Positions 1-16,530 of a DNA stretch of 64,000 nucleotides are shown in pieces. The stretch comes from Eledone cirrhosa. Lineage: Eukaryota. The notes beneath the pieces are model-generated. The model had not been told where the DNA came from. It saw only the letters and a program-made list of their open reading frames with translations, and made no database searches. Within the stretch, counting starts at the first letter, position 1. The number at the start of each line of letters is the position of its first letter. The stretch lies in assembly GCA_964016885.1 (NCBI GenBank), contig OZ024745.1, forward strand, positions 107,818,001-107,882,000. Direction: 5' to 3'. The position numbers and the translations under genes were made by a program.

Positions 1-2040
1 ATCTATTTTGGTGTTGAAAGTGAAGAAAGAAAAGCACTTACCTCTCCGGGTTGCGTAATTTCCATGGCATCAGGTGTGTTGGGTGGAGGGATGTTTTGTG
101 GTGGTGTGGGGGTACACGTGTGTGGTGGGGTTGGGGTATTTGGAGTTGTGTCAGGGAGAGGGGCGGTTATGGGGAAATCTTTCAAGAGGACGCGATTCAA
201 CGGTTTTAAACAGGGGGGGCTCACGTCCCGTCTAAATTGTTCTTTTAAGGAACGATAAAGGTCCAGAGGGACCTTTATCATTTTTAAATGGGTGAAGTTC
301 TCTGTTGAGATAAAGTTTGGCCCTTCGGTCTGCACCATAGGGTTATTGTTTATTAATTTAACCAGTTTTTTGTTTTCTTTATTTATATATGTGTATTGCA
401 ACGTCTTTTTTTGTGATGCTGTCAATGTTTCGGAGAGGGGAGGCGCAGATTTATTTTTGTTTGTTGAGGGTGGGGTGTTTTTGATTGGAGTTGGTGTTTG
501 TGTGTGGGTTATTTGTGGTGTGCTGGGTGTGTGTTTTCTTTTTTTTCTTTTAACTTGTCTGAAGGCTTCTCCTCCTTCTTCTTCAGAAGTTGGGGGAAAC
601 TCTTCAGCGCTAGGTGGGAGGGACGTGTTGTGTGGTTGTTTTTTTTTTGCGGGAGGGGTAGATTTGTTACTGTTTTTTTTATTATTTGTTTGGAATGGGT
701 TTTGTGGTGGTGGTGGTGGTAATGTTTGTGTCGTGCTTGTGGTTGGTAATGGTGGTGGTGATGTTTGTGTTGTGGTTGGTGGTGGTGATTTTTGTGTCGT
801 GCTTGTGTTTGGTGCTGGTGGTGGTGATGTTTGTGTTGTGTTTGTGGTTGGTGGTGTCTGTATTTTGTTTGCTGTGTGTGGTATTAGTGTATTTTTGGAG
901 GTGGGTGGTGCTGGTGTACTGTTTGTGGTGGGTGTGGGCAATAGTCCTTTTTGGGGGATACGTTTCGGGCAGTTAGCCTTAACGTGTCCCCTTTCCATGC
1001 ATAAATAGCATGCTGGTCTTCTCCCCTCTACAATTATGTCTATTGGGGTAAGGTCATCCAGCCAGATGCGATCCGGGATTTGTGCTATTCTTTCGGGCCT
1101 CATTTGGACTAGTATGTCGAGGCCCATTCCCAGGAACGCATCTCCAGTTGCCTTCCCCATTGACAGCATAGTGTCTTCGCCCATATCAATGAAGCCAGCA
1201 ATAGCCCACCAGAAGTCCATTGTGGGCAGCATTGTTTTTACTTTTACCCTCTGTGTTCTTCTACCCATGTAGGAGGGATAGAAGCTATATGTTGTCGACG
1301 AGAGTGGGCTTAGGGAAAGCTGAACCGCCGTTTCTTTGTCTCTTGTTAGGACCGAAATGCTGCCATAGAGTCGGTCCTTTCGTATGAAGAGAATATTCTT
1401 CATATAGTCTTTTAGGACTAACTCTATTTCCATTTGGCTGGGCTGTGCTGGCTTTCTTGACTGGTTTAGTATAGTTCTGTATATAACTGTGTTTTCTGCT
1501 CTGGCTTTCTTGAATTCTGGGGGGGAGTTAATGGAAAACATTCCGTTTTCCCCCAAAACAATATGTTTCTTTGCTTCGGCCAGTTTTTCTCTGGCGGCAG
1601 TTAGGTCAATTGGTGTGTATGTAATGGATTGCTTTGTTTTCTGGGCGAAAGTTGCCCTGTCGTTATTTGTATTATTTTCTGTTTGTTTGTTTTCTGTTTG
1701 CTCATTTTCCTTAACATTTGTTTTTTCATTTTGTTTGTTTGTTTCAATGTCTAATTTTGTTGTAATTATTTTTTGTTCTTCAGACTTGGGGGGCGTGGCA
1801 GAGCTAATGGCAGACATGTCTGCCATCTTTTCCGCCATGCTGCCAAGAAAGAAATTTTTCGGCAAAAATAGATATTTATTTTACCCCCTAAACAGGGGGT
1901 AAATGCAAAAATGTTTCCCTAAATAACAGGGGTTAGTGTTCCAAATGTGTTGCACTAAAAAATTTATCCGGTACTTACAATAGTAAGGGTAAATCCCGAT
2001 GGAATAGCGGAGCCGATGCGAAGCGTGTCTTACTCTATCA
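1..2040 (-). mobile_element. 5' part (5'UTR plus ORF1) of a Tx1/L1-like LINE
   Basis: ORF1 above plus about 200 bp of leader whose 5' end abuts an (AGAT)n tract at 2041-2065. Confidence 0.75.
3..1838 (-). CDS. L1/Tx1-clade non-LTR retrotransposon ORF1 (gag-like nucleic-acid-binding protein), apparently intact, about 611 aa from the first ATG
   Basis: Uninterrupted ORF from ATG at 1838 (MAEKMADMS) to TAG at 3-5. It has a CCHC zinc knuckle CYLCMERGHVKANC after an IIVEGRRPAC motif, then a long Pro/Thr-rich region with a basic FRQVKRKKRK patch. ORF2 would lie left of the window. Confidence 0.85.
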   Translation of the reverse strand: MAEKMADMSAISSATPPKSEEQKIITTKLDIETNKQNEKTNVKENEQTENKQTENNTNNDRATFAQKTKQSITYTPIDLTAAREKLAEAKKHIVLGENGMFSINSPPEFKKARAENTVIYRTILNQSRKPAQPSQMEIELVLKDYMKNILFIRKDRLYGSISVLTRDKETAVQLSLSPLSSTTYSFYPSYMGRRTQRVKVKTMLPTMDFWWAIAGFIDMGEDTMLSMGKATGDAFLGMGLDILVQMRPERIAQIPDRIWLDDLTPIDIIVEGRRPACYLCMERGHVKANCPKRIPQKGLLPTPTTNSTPAPPTSKNTLIPHTANKIQTPPTTNTTQTSPPPAPNTSTTQKSPPPTTTQTSPPPLPTTSTTQTLPPPPPQNPFQTNNKKNSNKSTPPAKKKQPHNTSLPPSAEEFPPTSEEEGGEAFRQVKRKKRKHTPSTPQITHTQTPTPIKNTPPSTNKNKSAPPLSETLTASQKKTLQYTYINKENKKLVKLINNNPMVQTEGPNFISTENFTHLKMIKVPLDLYRSLKEQFRRDVSPPCLKPLNRVLLKDFPITAPLPDTTPNTPTPPHTCTPTPPQNIPPPNTPDAMEITQPGEVSAFLSSLSTPK

Positions 2041-2666
2041 AGATAGATAGATAGATAGATAGATACATTGATAGAGGAAAAGAAAGAAACAAAAATTGAG
2101 TGATTGAGAGATTGTGTGGAAGAGAGAGATAGGAGGAGAGAATGAAATCGAGGTAAAAGGCTATTAAAGAATGAAAAATGAATTCAGAAGGATGTTGCTG
2201 TAGATTTCCATATGACTCAATATTGATATATAACATAGACACAATGCAAGAAATTTTGAGTAAGAAGTTTAAAGTTGATTGTATCGACCTACGTACTTGA
2301 CTGGTACTGTAGATAATAGCTGGTTGATACCAACAAGATACACCTCTGCTCTGTTGTATGTTATAGCTACATCAGCGATTGAATTATTATATATATTTAG
2401 AGGAAATGGTATTTGCTTGAAATTCAAAAGAATCGTTACAAACTACATCTTAATACAAGCCAGCGTAAGAACTTTTACTCGAGAACACCAGTACGCTGTT
2501 AAATAACTATCACTTCACACCATGATACTATTTCATCATTACACTACACTATTAGCTTAGTACACTACACTGATACGACACTGCACTGTTAGATCACCTT
2601 ATACTATTCTACCTTTACACAATTAGTTCATTACATTGTTACCAGTACTATACCTAGAAGAGTTAT

Positions 2667-3140
2667 GTCAGGTTGCTCCCGAGTGCTACTGATAACATTG
2701 TAACCTAGTATAATTGTCACATAGTCGAGTCAACGGTGAATCAACCAGCAACTCCACAAAAGTTGCTTAGTGAGGAGGGTTAAAGTTCGTCGCCCTGCAG
2801 CATGAAAAACAAAACCCGTCAAAGGGCGAAGGGTCTCAGGATGTCAACGACCATAAAACAGTGTGTAGAAAACCATGAGACGGAGCTTGTTAGCCTAGGT
2901 TGGCAGTATATCTAGAAGGATCACTTTGATTTCAAAGCCGGAGTAGATAGGATTCCTTTGTGACTTTGGTGACAATCTTTGAAGTGGCCAACGAATGAGC
3001 TGCTGCTCGACAGCCAGCTTCTGAGTAATGGTCAGACGAGGATTAGTCCACTACATTATGTCATAAGACTCACTGCAAAAGGGGTCATTTCATTCCACAG
3101 ACCATTTACTAAGCACTGTGTGACCCTCAAATGTCACTGA
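2667..3140 (+). mobile_element. Diverged RTE-5'UTR-like non-autonomous element (relative of the 50676-51293 family)
   Basis: Shares GTGCTACTG.TAACAT, GAGGAGGG, CCTGCAG and AAACC.GTCAAAGGGC blocks with 50676-50840 and 52660-52820. Confidence 0.5.
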
Positions 3141-3149
3141 CAAACACAC

Positions 3150-3555
3150 TACACGGATGTGTAGGCAGTGTAAATTCGTTGAAGTAAGAAAGCTAATTAA
3201 ATGTCTAAAAACATCTGACTTATAAAATGACAAGTCAGTCAATCATATTGGTGGCCTCCCCACAGTCCCGGCGGACAGAATGGAGAAGGCGTTTCCCCGC
3301 AGGACGGCAAGGGAGACGCGCTGGAAAAGCCATTCCAGCACGCGAGGCTCACACCTGCGGCTGGCCAGCTCTGCACCTATGGTAGTGAGTAGGGAGGTAG
3401 CCCTAGGTCCGAGGATACCAGGAGTCTCCACTGCCAAGGGTACAACCGCAAACCTGTCGGAGAGCGACCGGTATTTGAAGAGTTTGCCCTCCTCAGCCCG
3501 ACGTGCAGCAGAATCTGGGTTAGTCGCAGACTGCACCAGGTTGCGTCTGGAGAAA
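3150..3555 (-). mobile_element. 3' fragment of a CRE-like RLE non-LTR retrotransposon
   Basis: ORF 3243-3536 reads AARRAEEGKLFKY..VPLAVETPG..LFQRVSLAVLRGNA, the C-terminal restriction-like endonuclease signature of CRE-type elements. Confidence 0.7.
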
Positions 3556-4087
3556 GTAAATTAGACTATTACACCTCTGTATTACAGTTTACTGTTAGAC
3601 CACATCCAATCAAGAGAGTCTCTATGCGGTAGCTCAATCTGCTAGAAATAACAGCAATATCAAATAAGACGCTAATCTATTTTTGAAAAAATCGGACAAA
3701 CAATAAAAACAGATTATGATGGAATGTACGTGTGAAAGAGGAACCCTTTATGAAATCGTTTGATTTCTTAGAACTACTTTAATGAACAAAGGATTTCCAT
3801 TTATAATGGCTTGAGGTAGACAGGAAAGTGTTTTTCACGTTAATTTCGAAATTGTCTCGTTTTTCAATATCACGTAGTTTTGGATATGAGACCAATTATT
3901 TTTTTATTATAATCACATTTGGAATGTTTTGTACGTATTTTACAGAATATTTGTTTTAATCCTTGCTATTCACTCATGATAATCTACGAAAGTACAGGTC
4001 CATCAATTTGTTTCTGTTATGTTTGTGGTACGTTTGCAACTAAGACATAATGGTGAATTAACACATCAGAACGGCTCTTCTAATAAT

Positions 4088-4192
4088 TGTTTATACTTTT
4101 GGCACAAGGCCAGCAATTACCCAGTGTATTACTGGTACTTTATTTTATCGAACCCCGTAAGGATGAAAGGCAAAGTTAACCTCGGCGGGATT
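4088..4192 (-). mobile_element. 5'-truncated SINE (family A)
   Basis: Matches the 3' half of 62982-63166. Flanked by the direct repeat TTCTAATAAT (4078-4087 and 4193-4202). Confidence 0.8.
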
Positions 4193-4526
4193 TTCTAATA
4201 ATACACCATGAATATATTAGTTGTCCTATTGCTAATCAAAACAAGCAGTGGCATCCAATCGATTAGGCGTTGCTTGTTGAAGATAACTACATGATTAGTC
4301 GAACAAAAAGAAACAATCGATGCCTTTTACTATAGCCTTGATATGGATAGAACAAAGAGTTCATCATGAAGTTTGCTATTTTTGTCCTGTTAGCATAATT
4401 TCGTTTTTCACACAGAACACAGACTATCTGGCTGTGCCTTTATACAGTGATCAGCCCTTATGATAAAACGGTGTCCAGCTCTTTCCCCAAATGATGGACT
4501 ACCTTCAATAGATGATGAGATACACA

Positions 4527-4682
4527 ATAATTGTTTCTACTTTTGGCACAAGGCCAGTAATTATCCCAGTACGCTACTGGTACTTTATTTTATCGACTCC
4601 GTAATGATGAAAAGCAAAGTTAACCTAACGTAAAGGGACATAACTATGCTGTAGAGCATGGCGTCCGATCCTCTACCGATAC
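4527..4682 (-). mobile_element. SINE family A copy with internal deletion
   Basis: Reverse complement of the GCCTTTCATC..GTCGATAAAATAAAGTACCAG core and the GCTGGCCTTGTGCC tail. Confidence 0.75.
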
Positions 4683-4746
4683 TACAGTGATGCTGGGGCT
4701 TCTACAGGCTCTAAATACAAACCTGAAGAAAATTGGGGCCCAAGTT

Positions 4747-5345
4747 TATTTACTCAAGTGACTTTGAATAATCGTCTTAGAGGCTTATTACTTTCTAGAA
4801 TTAAAGTCGTACTTTTCGCATCATTACAGAAGAATCAAAGCTTGCATGTGAGTCGCTTTCGAAAGCGAAATTTGAATAGGATAAAATATTTTGCAGTAGA
4901 TTTTCCATTCTAATATTGCTGTAATATTAATGAATCAGTTACCAAACTTGTCTCAAACACGTGCAGCATCAGATTGGAGCTTCTTCATTGATTCATCAAC
5001 GTGAAGCTTGAAAGTAATTCTATTACATAAGGGAAATGGAAAGTCATGCATCTCCACTGCCCAAATAGTGTATGATTGATAATAGGAGTATGCTGGTTGA
5101 TATTCAATACAATGTTCATCAATGGATACTCTGTGAGGATTTCAATGTTATTTGCATGCTAACGGGCATGCAAGCAGGATTTACAAGATATTACTCTTTC
5201 TTATGCCTCGCATGCTACACAGGGTCAGAAACATGACTGGCTACTGGAGATAACATGTCCAATCTGTCCTTTTCGTTGATACCAAAAAGATATTTTGTAA
5301 CCTCTTTATTTTAAAATTGGTAATATGAACATTTTTATTGAAGCT
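4747..5345 (+). pseudogene. Decayed DNA-transposon transposase, probably Chapaev3-like (CMC)
   Basis: Manual translation gives FTQVTLNN.LRGL.LS, DWSFFIDSST*SLKVILLHKGN and YNVHQWILCEDFNVICMLTGMQAGFTRY. These resemble the WRLFIDSS.SLKAVLLHNGN and ICGDLKV..LLG.Q.GYTKY motifs as I recall them. Stops and frameshifts are present. Confidence 0.65.
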
Positions 5346-6145
5346 AATGTATTTGGCTTCACTGGGCCTTGCTCCGCTCGCCTCGGCGTTCTCACTGTGT
5401 CCAACTAGAACGTCTTTTGGCTTCGCTGAGCCAAATTCAAGAGGATTTCATTACCCCCTTCATATTCATAACACCTTTTAAAACTTGTGGCATGCCACTC
5501 TTAACGAGACCATTCAGATTGCAGCTCAAACTTCAACAGTAAGGCCTAGGGAACGGCAAAGAACCAGATGGTATCACAATCCTCTTATTGGACGATGGTA
5601 GAAATAGCAGTTAAATCTCACTCAAATCACTCACTACATAATATCATGACAAACAGGGGAGGTACACATTTAGATAATGCAGTCAGAGGTACTCTTAAAA
5701 AGATGGTTCAGGACTGGAATACGTTTATTCATAGATCTGTTCGACTACATCTAACCTGGGGCTAAATAACAACAGCCACAAGAAAAATCGATCGAAACTA
5801 TGCATTAACCTCATTAACCTCAACATGTCATTTCATCCCTCCGATTCCACATCACTTCACCAACCCTTATACGTAATCCTTCAGGGCCTGCGCATTCTAC
5901 CCTTCCTTCTCTCGAAACAAAGCAACAAAGAAATGATCAAAGCTCCGGACCTTTGGTGCTTTGGGGTGGTAATGATGTATTTTAATGTCAGATGTTACAG
6001 TAATTTCATACACAACGGTATCCGACTGACAAGATCAATTGTACGTCTCTCAGTGTATGGCTATGCGAATGTGTGTGTATGTGTGTATATATATATGTAA
6101 GTATATATGTATATATATATATATATATGTATATGTATATGTGTG

Positions 6146-6178
<33 letters not shown>

Positions 6179-6235
6179 TACATATATATATTACATATAT
6201 ATATATATTACATATATATATTAGATATATATATA

Positions 6236-6296
<61 letters not shown>

Positions 6297-6744
6297 TATA
6301 TATATGTAATATATATATATTATATATATATATGTGTGTGCGTGTGTGTAAATTCATACATGCGTATGTTTGTATGTGCACGTATGAATATTTGCATGGA
6401 AGTATGTGTAAATTTGTGTGTTTCTGTGTATATGTCACTATAACAGAATGCATGATTTTTATAGATGCGTGTGTGTGTGCGTTAAATGTATATGCGCCAT
6501 TTTATACGTGGGCTGCTCTCCCCCTCCCTCCCTTCTTTATCTATCTATTTCTCTCTCTATCTATCTATCTATCTATCTATCTCTTTCTCTCTGCATAGGC
6601 CTTTGTAAGCAATGTGTTGCAACAATTGTATACGTACACATATTGACTCAAATTCTAATTCTTACTACTAACATATCATGGACCCTTCCTTGGTTTCGGC
6701 TATGTATATTTCATGGAAATAAATTACCTATATATATGTACATA

Positions 6745-6781
<37 letters not shown>

Positions 6782-6922
6782 TATATAGAGAGAGAGGGGG
6801 AGAGAGGGGGAGAGAGGGTTAGGTATGTGTGAAACTACAGTTACAGGTGGTTTGCCGTTCTAAGCACTAGATGCTGTTACAAAGGTCCATCTCGTGTTAT
6901 TTATTATTATTAGGTATAAATA

Positions 6923-7519
6923 GGGCGGTGGATTGGCAGTATCGGTAGATATTCGGACGCAATGCTTTGCAGCATAGAGTAACGGCCCTTTGCGGTCTAA
7001 GTTCAAATCCCGCCGAGGTTAACTCTACCTTTCATCCTTATGGGGTCGATAAAATAAAGTACCAGTATTGTACTGGGGTTGTTTAATCGACTTTCCCCTC
7101 CCCCCAAATTGCTGGCCTTGTGCCTATATTAGAAATCATTATTAGGTGGATTGGCAGTATCGGTGGAGGGTCAGACGCCATGCTTTGACGCATAGAGTTA
7201 CGGCCCTTGCCATTCTGAGATCAAATCCCGCCGAGGTTAACTTTGCCTTTCATCCTTACGGGGTCGATAAAATAAAGTACCAGTAATACACTGGGATAAT
7301 TGCTGGCCTTGTGGCAAAAAGTAGAACAATTATTAGATGGATTGGCAGTATCGGTAGAGGGTCAGACGCCATGCTTTGACGCATAGAGTTACGGCCCTTG
7401 CCATTCTGAGTTCAAATCCCGCCGAGGTTAACTTTGCCTCTTTCATCCTTACGGGGTCGATAAAATAAAGTACCAGTAATGCACTGGGTAATTGTGGCCT
7501 TGTGCCAAAAGTAGAAACA
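6923..7519 (+). mobile_element. Head-to-tail trimer of tRNA-derived SINE family A
   Basis: Three copies (about 6923-7140, 7146-7335, 7337-7519), each with a B-box (GTTCAAATCC, GATCAAATCC in copy 2) and the CCTTTCATCCTTA.GGGGTCGATAAAATAAAGTACCAG core. The core resembles the Meta-SINE domain from memory. One 16-bp direct repeat flanks the trimer. Confidence 0.85.
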
Positions 7520-7782
7520 ATTATTAGGTATAAATCGAAGTTGTAGCTGCAATAGGACAGATACCAAAGGAATTGTTTAAGACAGCAGTTACAAAGCTCT
7601 CCGTGTTACGAATAGTTAATTAATTTTTCTACCAATTTTAACACATAAAGTTACAAAAGTGTGACACCATGAATAAATCGACAAGGTTGTACGTGGCCAT
7701 AATATAAAGCCACAACAATGACTGATGAGAACGAACAGGTGGGATATATATATATATATTATTAGTACAGATTAAAGTTTTA

Positions 7783-7830
7783 GCCAAATAACACTGCTTT
7801 CACCCTATTACGGGATCTTCGGACTTTGGC
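7783..7830 (-). ncRNA. Minimal hammerhead ribozyme motif, CCGAAGA core variant
   Basis: Minus strand: GCCAAAGT CCGAAGA TCCC-GTAATA-GGGT GAAA GCAGTG TTA TTTGGC. It lies in a roughly 90-bp island between (TA)n tracts. A related decayed copy is at 63329-63390. Confidence 0.6.
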
Positions 7831-7845
7831 CTTCGTATTTATTAT

Positions 7846-7893
<48 letters not shown>

Positions 7894-8227
7894 TGTGATG
7901 TGTGTATTTATAGTAAATACTACACGTGGTAATAGCCAGTTGCAGATTTGAACTTGAAGTGTAAACACGGATCGCTGGAACTTCTTCCTTGTTGAAAATC
8001 CAAGTCTCCACTTCTGTGGTTTACCATCTGATTAATTGGTGAAATATATTTCTTTAATGGAATATATACAGGGAAGATTAATCATATTATAAGGTATCTA
8101 TTTTTGAAGTTCTAGTCAACTTTATTTAGTTACCTACCTCTACCTAGCTATGTGTGGTTACACATTTGTAAAAATTATCTCCTGTGATTATTCATGTTTA
8201 TATATATGTTAATCAATTTCTAGTTAT

Positions 8228-8315
<88 letters not shown>

Positions 8316-8356
8316 TTCAAAATATTAACAAAATAGATATTCTTGGGATCAATTAT

Positions 8357-8421
8357 ATTTTATTATACATATTTCAGAGGTACTGAGTTAAGTTCAACAG
8401 TACGTCCTCATCAGATAAAAT
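8357..8421 (-). ncRNA. Type I minimal hammerhead ribozyme
   Basis: Minus strand: ATTTTAT CTGATGA GGACGTACTG..CAGTACCTCT GAAA TATGTA TA ATAAAAT, with a perfect 7-bp stem I. Confidence 0.75.
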
Positions 8422-8488
8422 AAGATGATGCATGGCTGAATCTTAACCATCTACTATGTCAGGGTATGTCATGCATCATCTTATTTTA

Positions 8489-8542
<54 letters not shown>

Positions 8543-8622
8543 CGAAGGAAGTGTTGTAAGGAACCAGGTGGACCATTATGCACCAGAGTACTCGATACTT
8601 AGGGTAGTAGAGTTTGTAATTG

Positions 8623-8726
8623 GAAAATGTTCAAGACACCGACGGCAGAGCTCAAGCCGTTTCGACGGCTATTTCCAGAAATAGCCGTCGAAACGGCTCG
8701 AGCTCTGCCGTCGGGGTCTTGAACAT

Positions 8727-8730
<4 letters not shown>
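8623..8730. repeat. 108-bp near-perfect palindrome in a (TA)n-flanked island (8541-8730)
   Basis: GAAAATGTTCAAGAC..CGACGGCTATTTC/CA/GAAATAGCCGTCG..GTCTTGAACATTTTC. Confidence 0.9.
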
Positions 8731-8789
<59 letters not shown>

Positions 8790-10656
8790 TACAATAACAG
8801 AGATAGTTTAAAGCTAATCTCTGACTGGTAACCATCTCACTCAACAAACATTAGGTTATATTTTAATATAAACCCAATTTAAGTGTTTGGGGTGCTAACA
8901 ATATGTATTATGTGGAAAAGCCAGTTGTATTATTTTATGAGATATAATTAAAGTTAAAATATATCTCTCTTTCCAAACAATTGTTTCATTATAAGTTTTC
9001 TACAAATTCGGAGAATATTTCCAGTTTATGTAGAAGCCTAATATAAATAAATAAATAAATATATATATATATATATATATATATTTATTTATTTATTTAT
9101 TTATCTGTATATATATATATGTGCATGTTTCTAGTAAAAATTATTAACTCAAGATCCAGACGTCTACTAAGCCTTATTAAAACTGGGCTTTTTTTCCAGT
9201 TTGCTTCCATCTGACTGAGTTCTTACGCCTATCTCTTAACGATATTGAAAGAAAAAGTCGGACGCTGCTGAATGTTCCTGGATATTTCAACATCCGTAAG
9301 AATGTAGTCATGTCACACGCAAGAATGACGACCGTGGCGTTATTGGCATCATTTTCGTTATTGTAATAAAGACGCAACGTCTACAGCAGAAAAATTGCAA
9401 AAAGTTCAGTTATTACGATGTCTCAAAGTTGCGAGCGTAAAATCAAAAATAATATTATTAAGATAGACCACGTGCTTCAGATGATTCATGAAAGCTGACT
9501 CAGATCGTTCTCTAAGGTACATTGAAAATTCTTATAAATACATCAACAAAATCAAAAGACAGTCTTCTTTACTGAGAAAGCTGTGCATGGATACTTGAAA
9601 TGAAAACCACTGAACATAGAGGAAACAACTCTCATTAAATGTCTTGCAAGGAGTAACGGGAGTTTTTTAAAACTCATATTGAAAGTACAATTCAGGGGCA
9701 GGAAATCTCCAAGTACTTCCATACTAGATTGGTACTTTATTTATCGACCTCGAAAAAATTAATGAACATTTTGCCCTCGGTGGATTTTGAACTCATGTCG
9801 CTGTGAGCTGGAACAAATACCGAAGTAATCTTTTAATACAGAGTCCTAACAGCTCAGTCAATTTTTTACCTTGCAACAGAGATTAACGAATAGAATAACT
9901 AGACCCTTCCTTTTTTTTTTTCTAAAATATACATGCCGTTTCAATATTTTTTCTAAATTATGCTGCAGTGTTTATGAATATGTATTATTTAATTAAATAC
10001 GTCACCAACGAATGCACGTTACGCATATTTGCTAAACATTATTTTCGTACGTGAAGGGAAAGGAGTATTTTTCGTCTGTTAAATAGCGGACTAGCTGTGA
10101 AATATGTAAAGGCAATATCTCTATTTTTGTGTGTACGAAGAGAATAAAATATTTGTTTAAATTCTAGCAGTGACACTTATAATTCATCCTAGATTTCCAA
10201 ACACCTGTAATTTACTGCCCATGTCGTCGAGCACCTGTTCAGTCAAATTAAACTTTTAAAAAGTTAAATAGGAAAACAAGACAGATACATACGTGCATCA
10301 TATAGATGCATAATAGATATATGCATAAGTATGTTCCCGTATACCTCCACATAATACATACATCATACGTACATCATCATCATCATCATCATCATCGTCG
10401 TTTAATGTACATCATCGCTAGCATGGGGTTAGACGGGTTTGTCCGATTTAGAGGCAAGTTGGGCCGGGTGACCGGCCCAACTTGCCTCTATATATGTACA
10501 TATATCCAACTTGCATATGCTTATGCATATACATAAACATATCCATACATATAAAAATCTACACATGCATATATACACCCATACATTCGTGCTTGTAGTA
10601 AATATATTCACACATACAAACATCAATCCCTCACACCTCTGTTCTCTCTCTCTCTC

Positions 10657-10753
<97 letters not shown>

Positions 10754-10905
10754 CATTCAGACACATTCACACACATACCAACAGCCGCTACATCTGCCAC
10801 AAACGCATCTCAATGCAAAGAGGAAAAGAGTGAGGCGTTATATAATACACTTATTCACGCACACACAGGCACATAGTCAAGCATACACATAAACACATAC
10901 ACACA

Positions 10906-10960
<55 letters not shown>

Positions 10961-11045
10961 AGATATTTAATTTGTTGGAAATCCAACAAATATAGATGTT
11001 TACAGCTGATTCAAAGCACTCGACAAAGTAAGTATTCAATTGATA

Positions 11046-11082
<37 letters not shown>

Positions 11083-11085
11083 CGT

Positions 11086-11147
<62 letters not shown>

Positions 11148-11209
11148 TTTCTGAATTATAAAACGTTGTTTTTCCGCGGATATGTCAACATTTATAAAAC
11201 AAATTTTGT

Positions 11210-11273
11210 ATATTATCTGATGAAAGCGCACCAAAATTTGCCTTGGTTGCCCATGAAATATATATAATAAAAT
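11210..11273 (+). ncRNA. Minimal hammerhead ribozyme
   Basis: ATATTAT CTGATGA AAGCGCACCA..TGGTTGCCCAT GAAA TATATA TA ATAAAAT. Confidence 0.65.
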
Positions 11274-11489
11274 AATTATGGTTTTATATATATAGTTTCC
11301 ATTTATTAATATATTGAATATTTACTCCAGTAAATTGTTGAGTGCTTTATATCAGTTATAAAACTTTTAAGCTTGTTGAATCCCAACAAATTAAATATAA
11401 CTTTTGCATATATCCGGGAGCTTCCAACCGACATGGTCGCATTCTTTAAGAGTATGTCAATATTTGTTTATAAAACTGATCTATATTAT

Positions 11490-11552
11490 ATTTTATCTGA
11501 TGAAAGCGCACCATAATTTGCTTTGGTGTCCTTGAAATATGTATAATGAAAT
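11490..11552 (+). ncRNA. Minimal hammerhead ribozyme
   Basis: ATTTTAT CTGATGA AAGCGCACCA..TGGTGTCCTT GAAA TATGTA TA ATGAAAT. Confidence 0.7.
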
Positions 11553-11929
11553 AAATATGGTTTTATAAATATAGTTTCCATTTGTTGATATATTGTATTT
11601 TTACTCCAATAATTTGTTGAGTGCTTTATATCAGTTATAAAAATATTTGCTTGTTGTATCCCAACAAAGTAAATATAACTTCTACATATATTTATATATA
11701 TATTTATATATATATATATATAACGTTAACAACATCAACAATGACACAAACAACAACAACCAATGAAAGAACCACAACGTGGTCGATAGACTTGCTAGTA
11801 ATAGTAGGCAAATTGTCCTCAAATCTCATCCCACCTTCTAAAATTGGACACAACGCAAATCCAGTAAAAGGCTGGGATGCCATGGTTGGAGTGCATTTCA
11901 TGTAGAATAATCCGATTAACATGAGATAA

Positions 11930-16530
<4,601 letters not shown>

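Larger units (their letters stand above)
10939..11690 (+). mobile_element. Penelope-pLTR/retrozyme-like element: inverted short arm plus two tandem units of about 280 bp, each with a hammerhead
   Basis: Units at about 11150-11410 and 11410-11690 are clearly homologous. 10939-11050 is a diverged reverse complement of the unit 3' end. (TA)n flanks. Confidence 0.7.

Noticed and set aside
292-1008. 238-aa Gly/Val-rich plus-strand ORF
   Set aside because: Antisense shadow of the Pro/Thr-rich part of the Tx1 ORF1.
6039-6822. Long YI/CV/HT/LS-repeat ORFs here and throughout (for example 12904-16198, 29041-30006, 48893-49746)
   Set aside because: These are translations of dinucleotide microsatellites that lack stop codons, not genes.
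9177-9390. Possible minus-strand exon or 66-aa ORF in unique sequence
   Set aside because: No recognisable protein motif and only weak splice signals.
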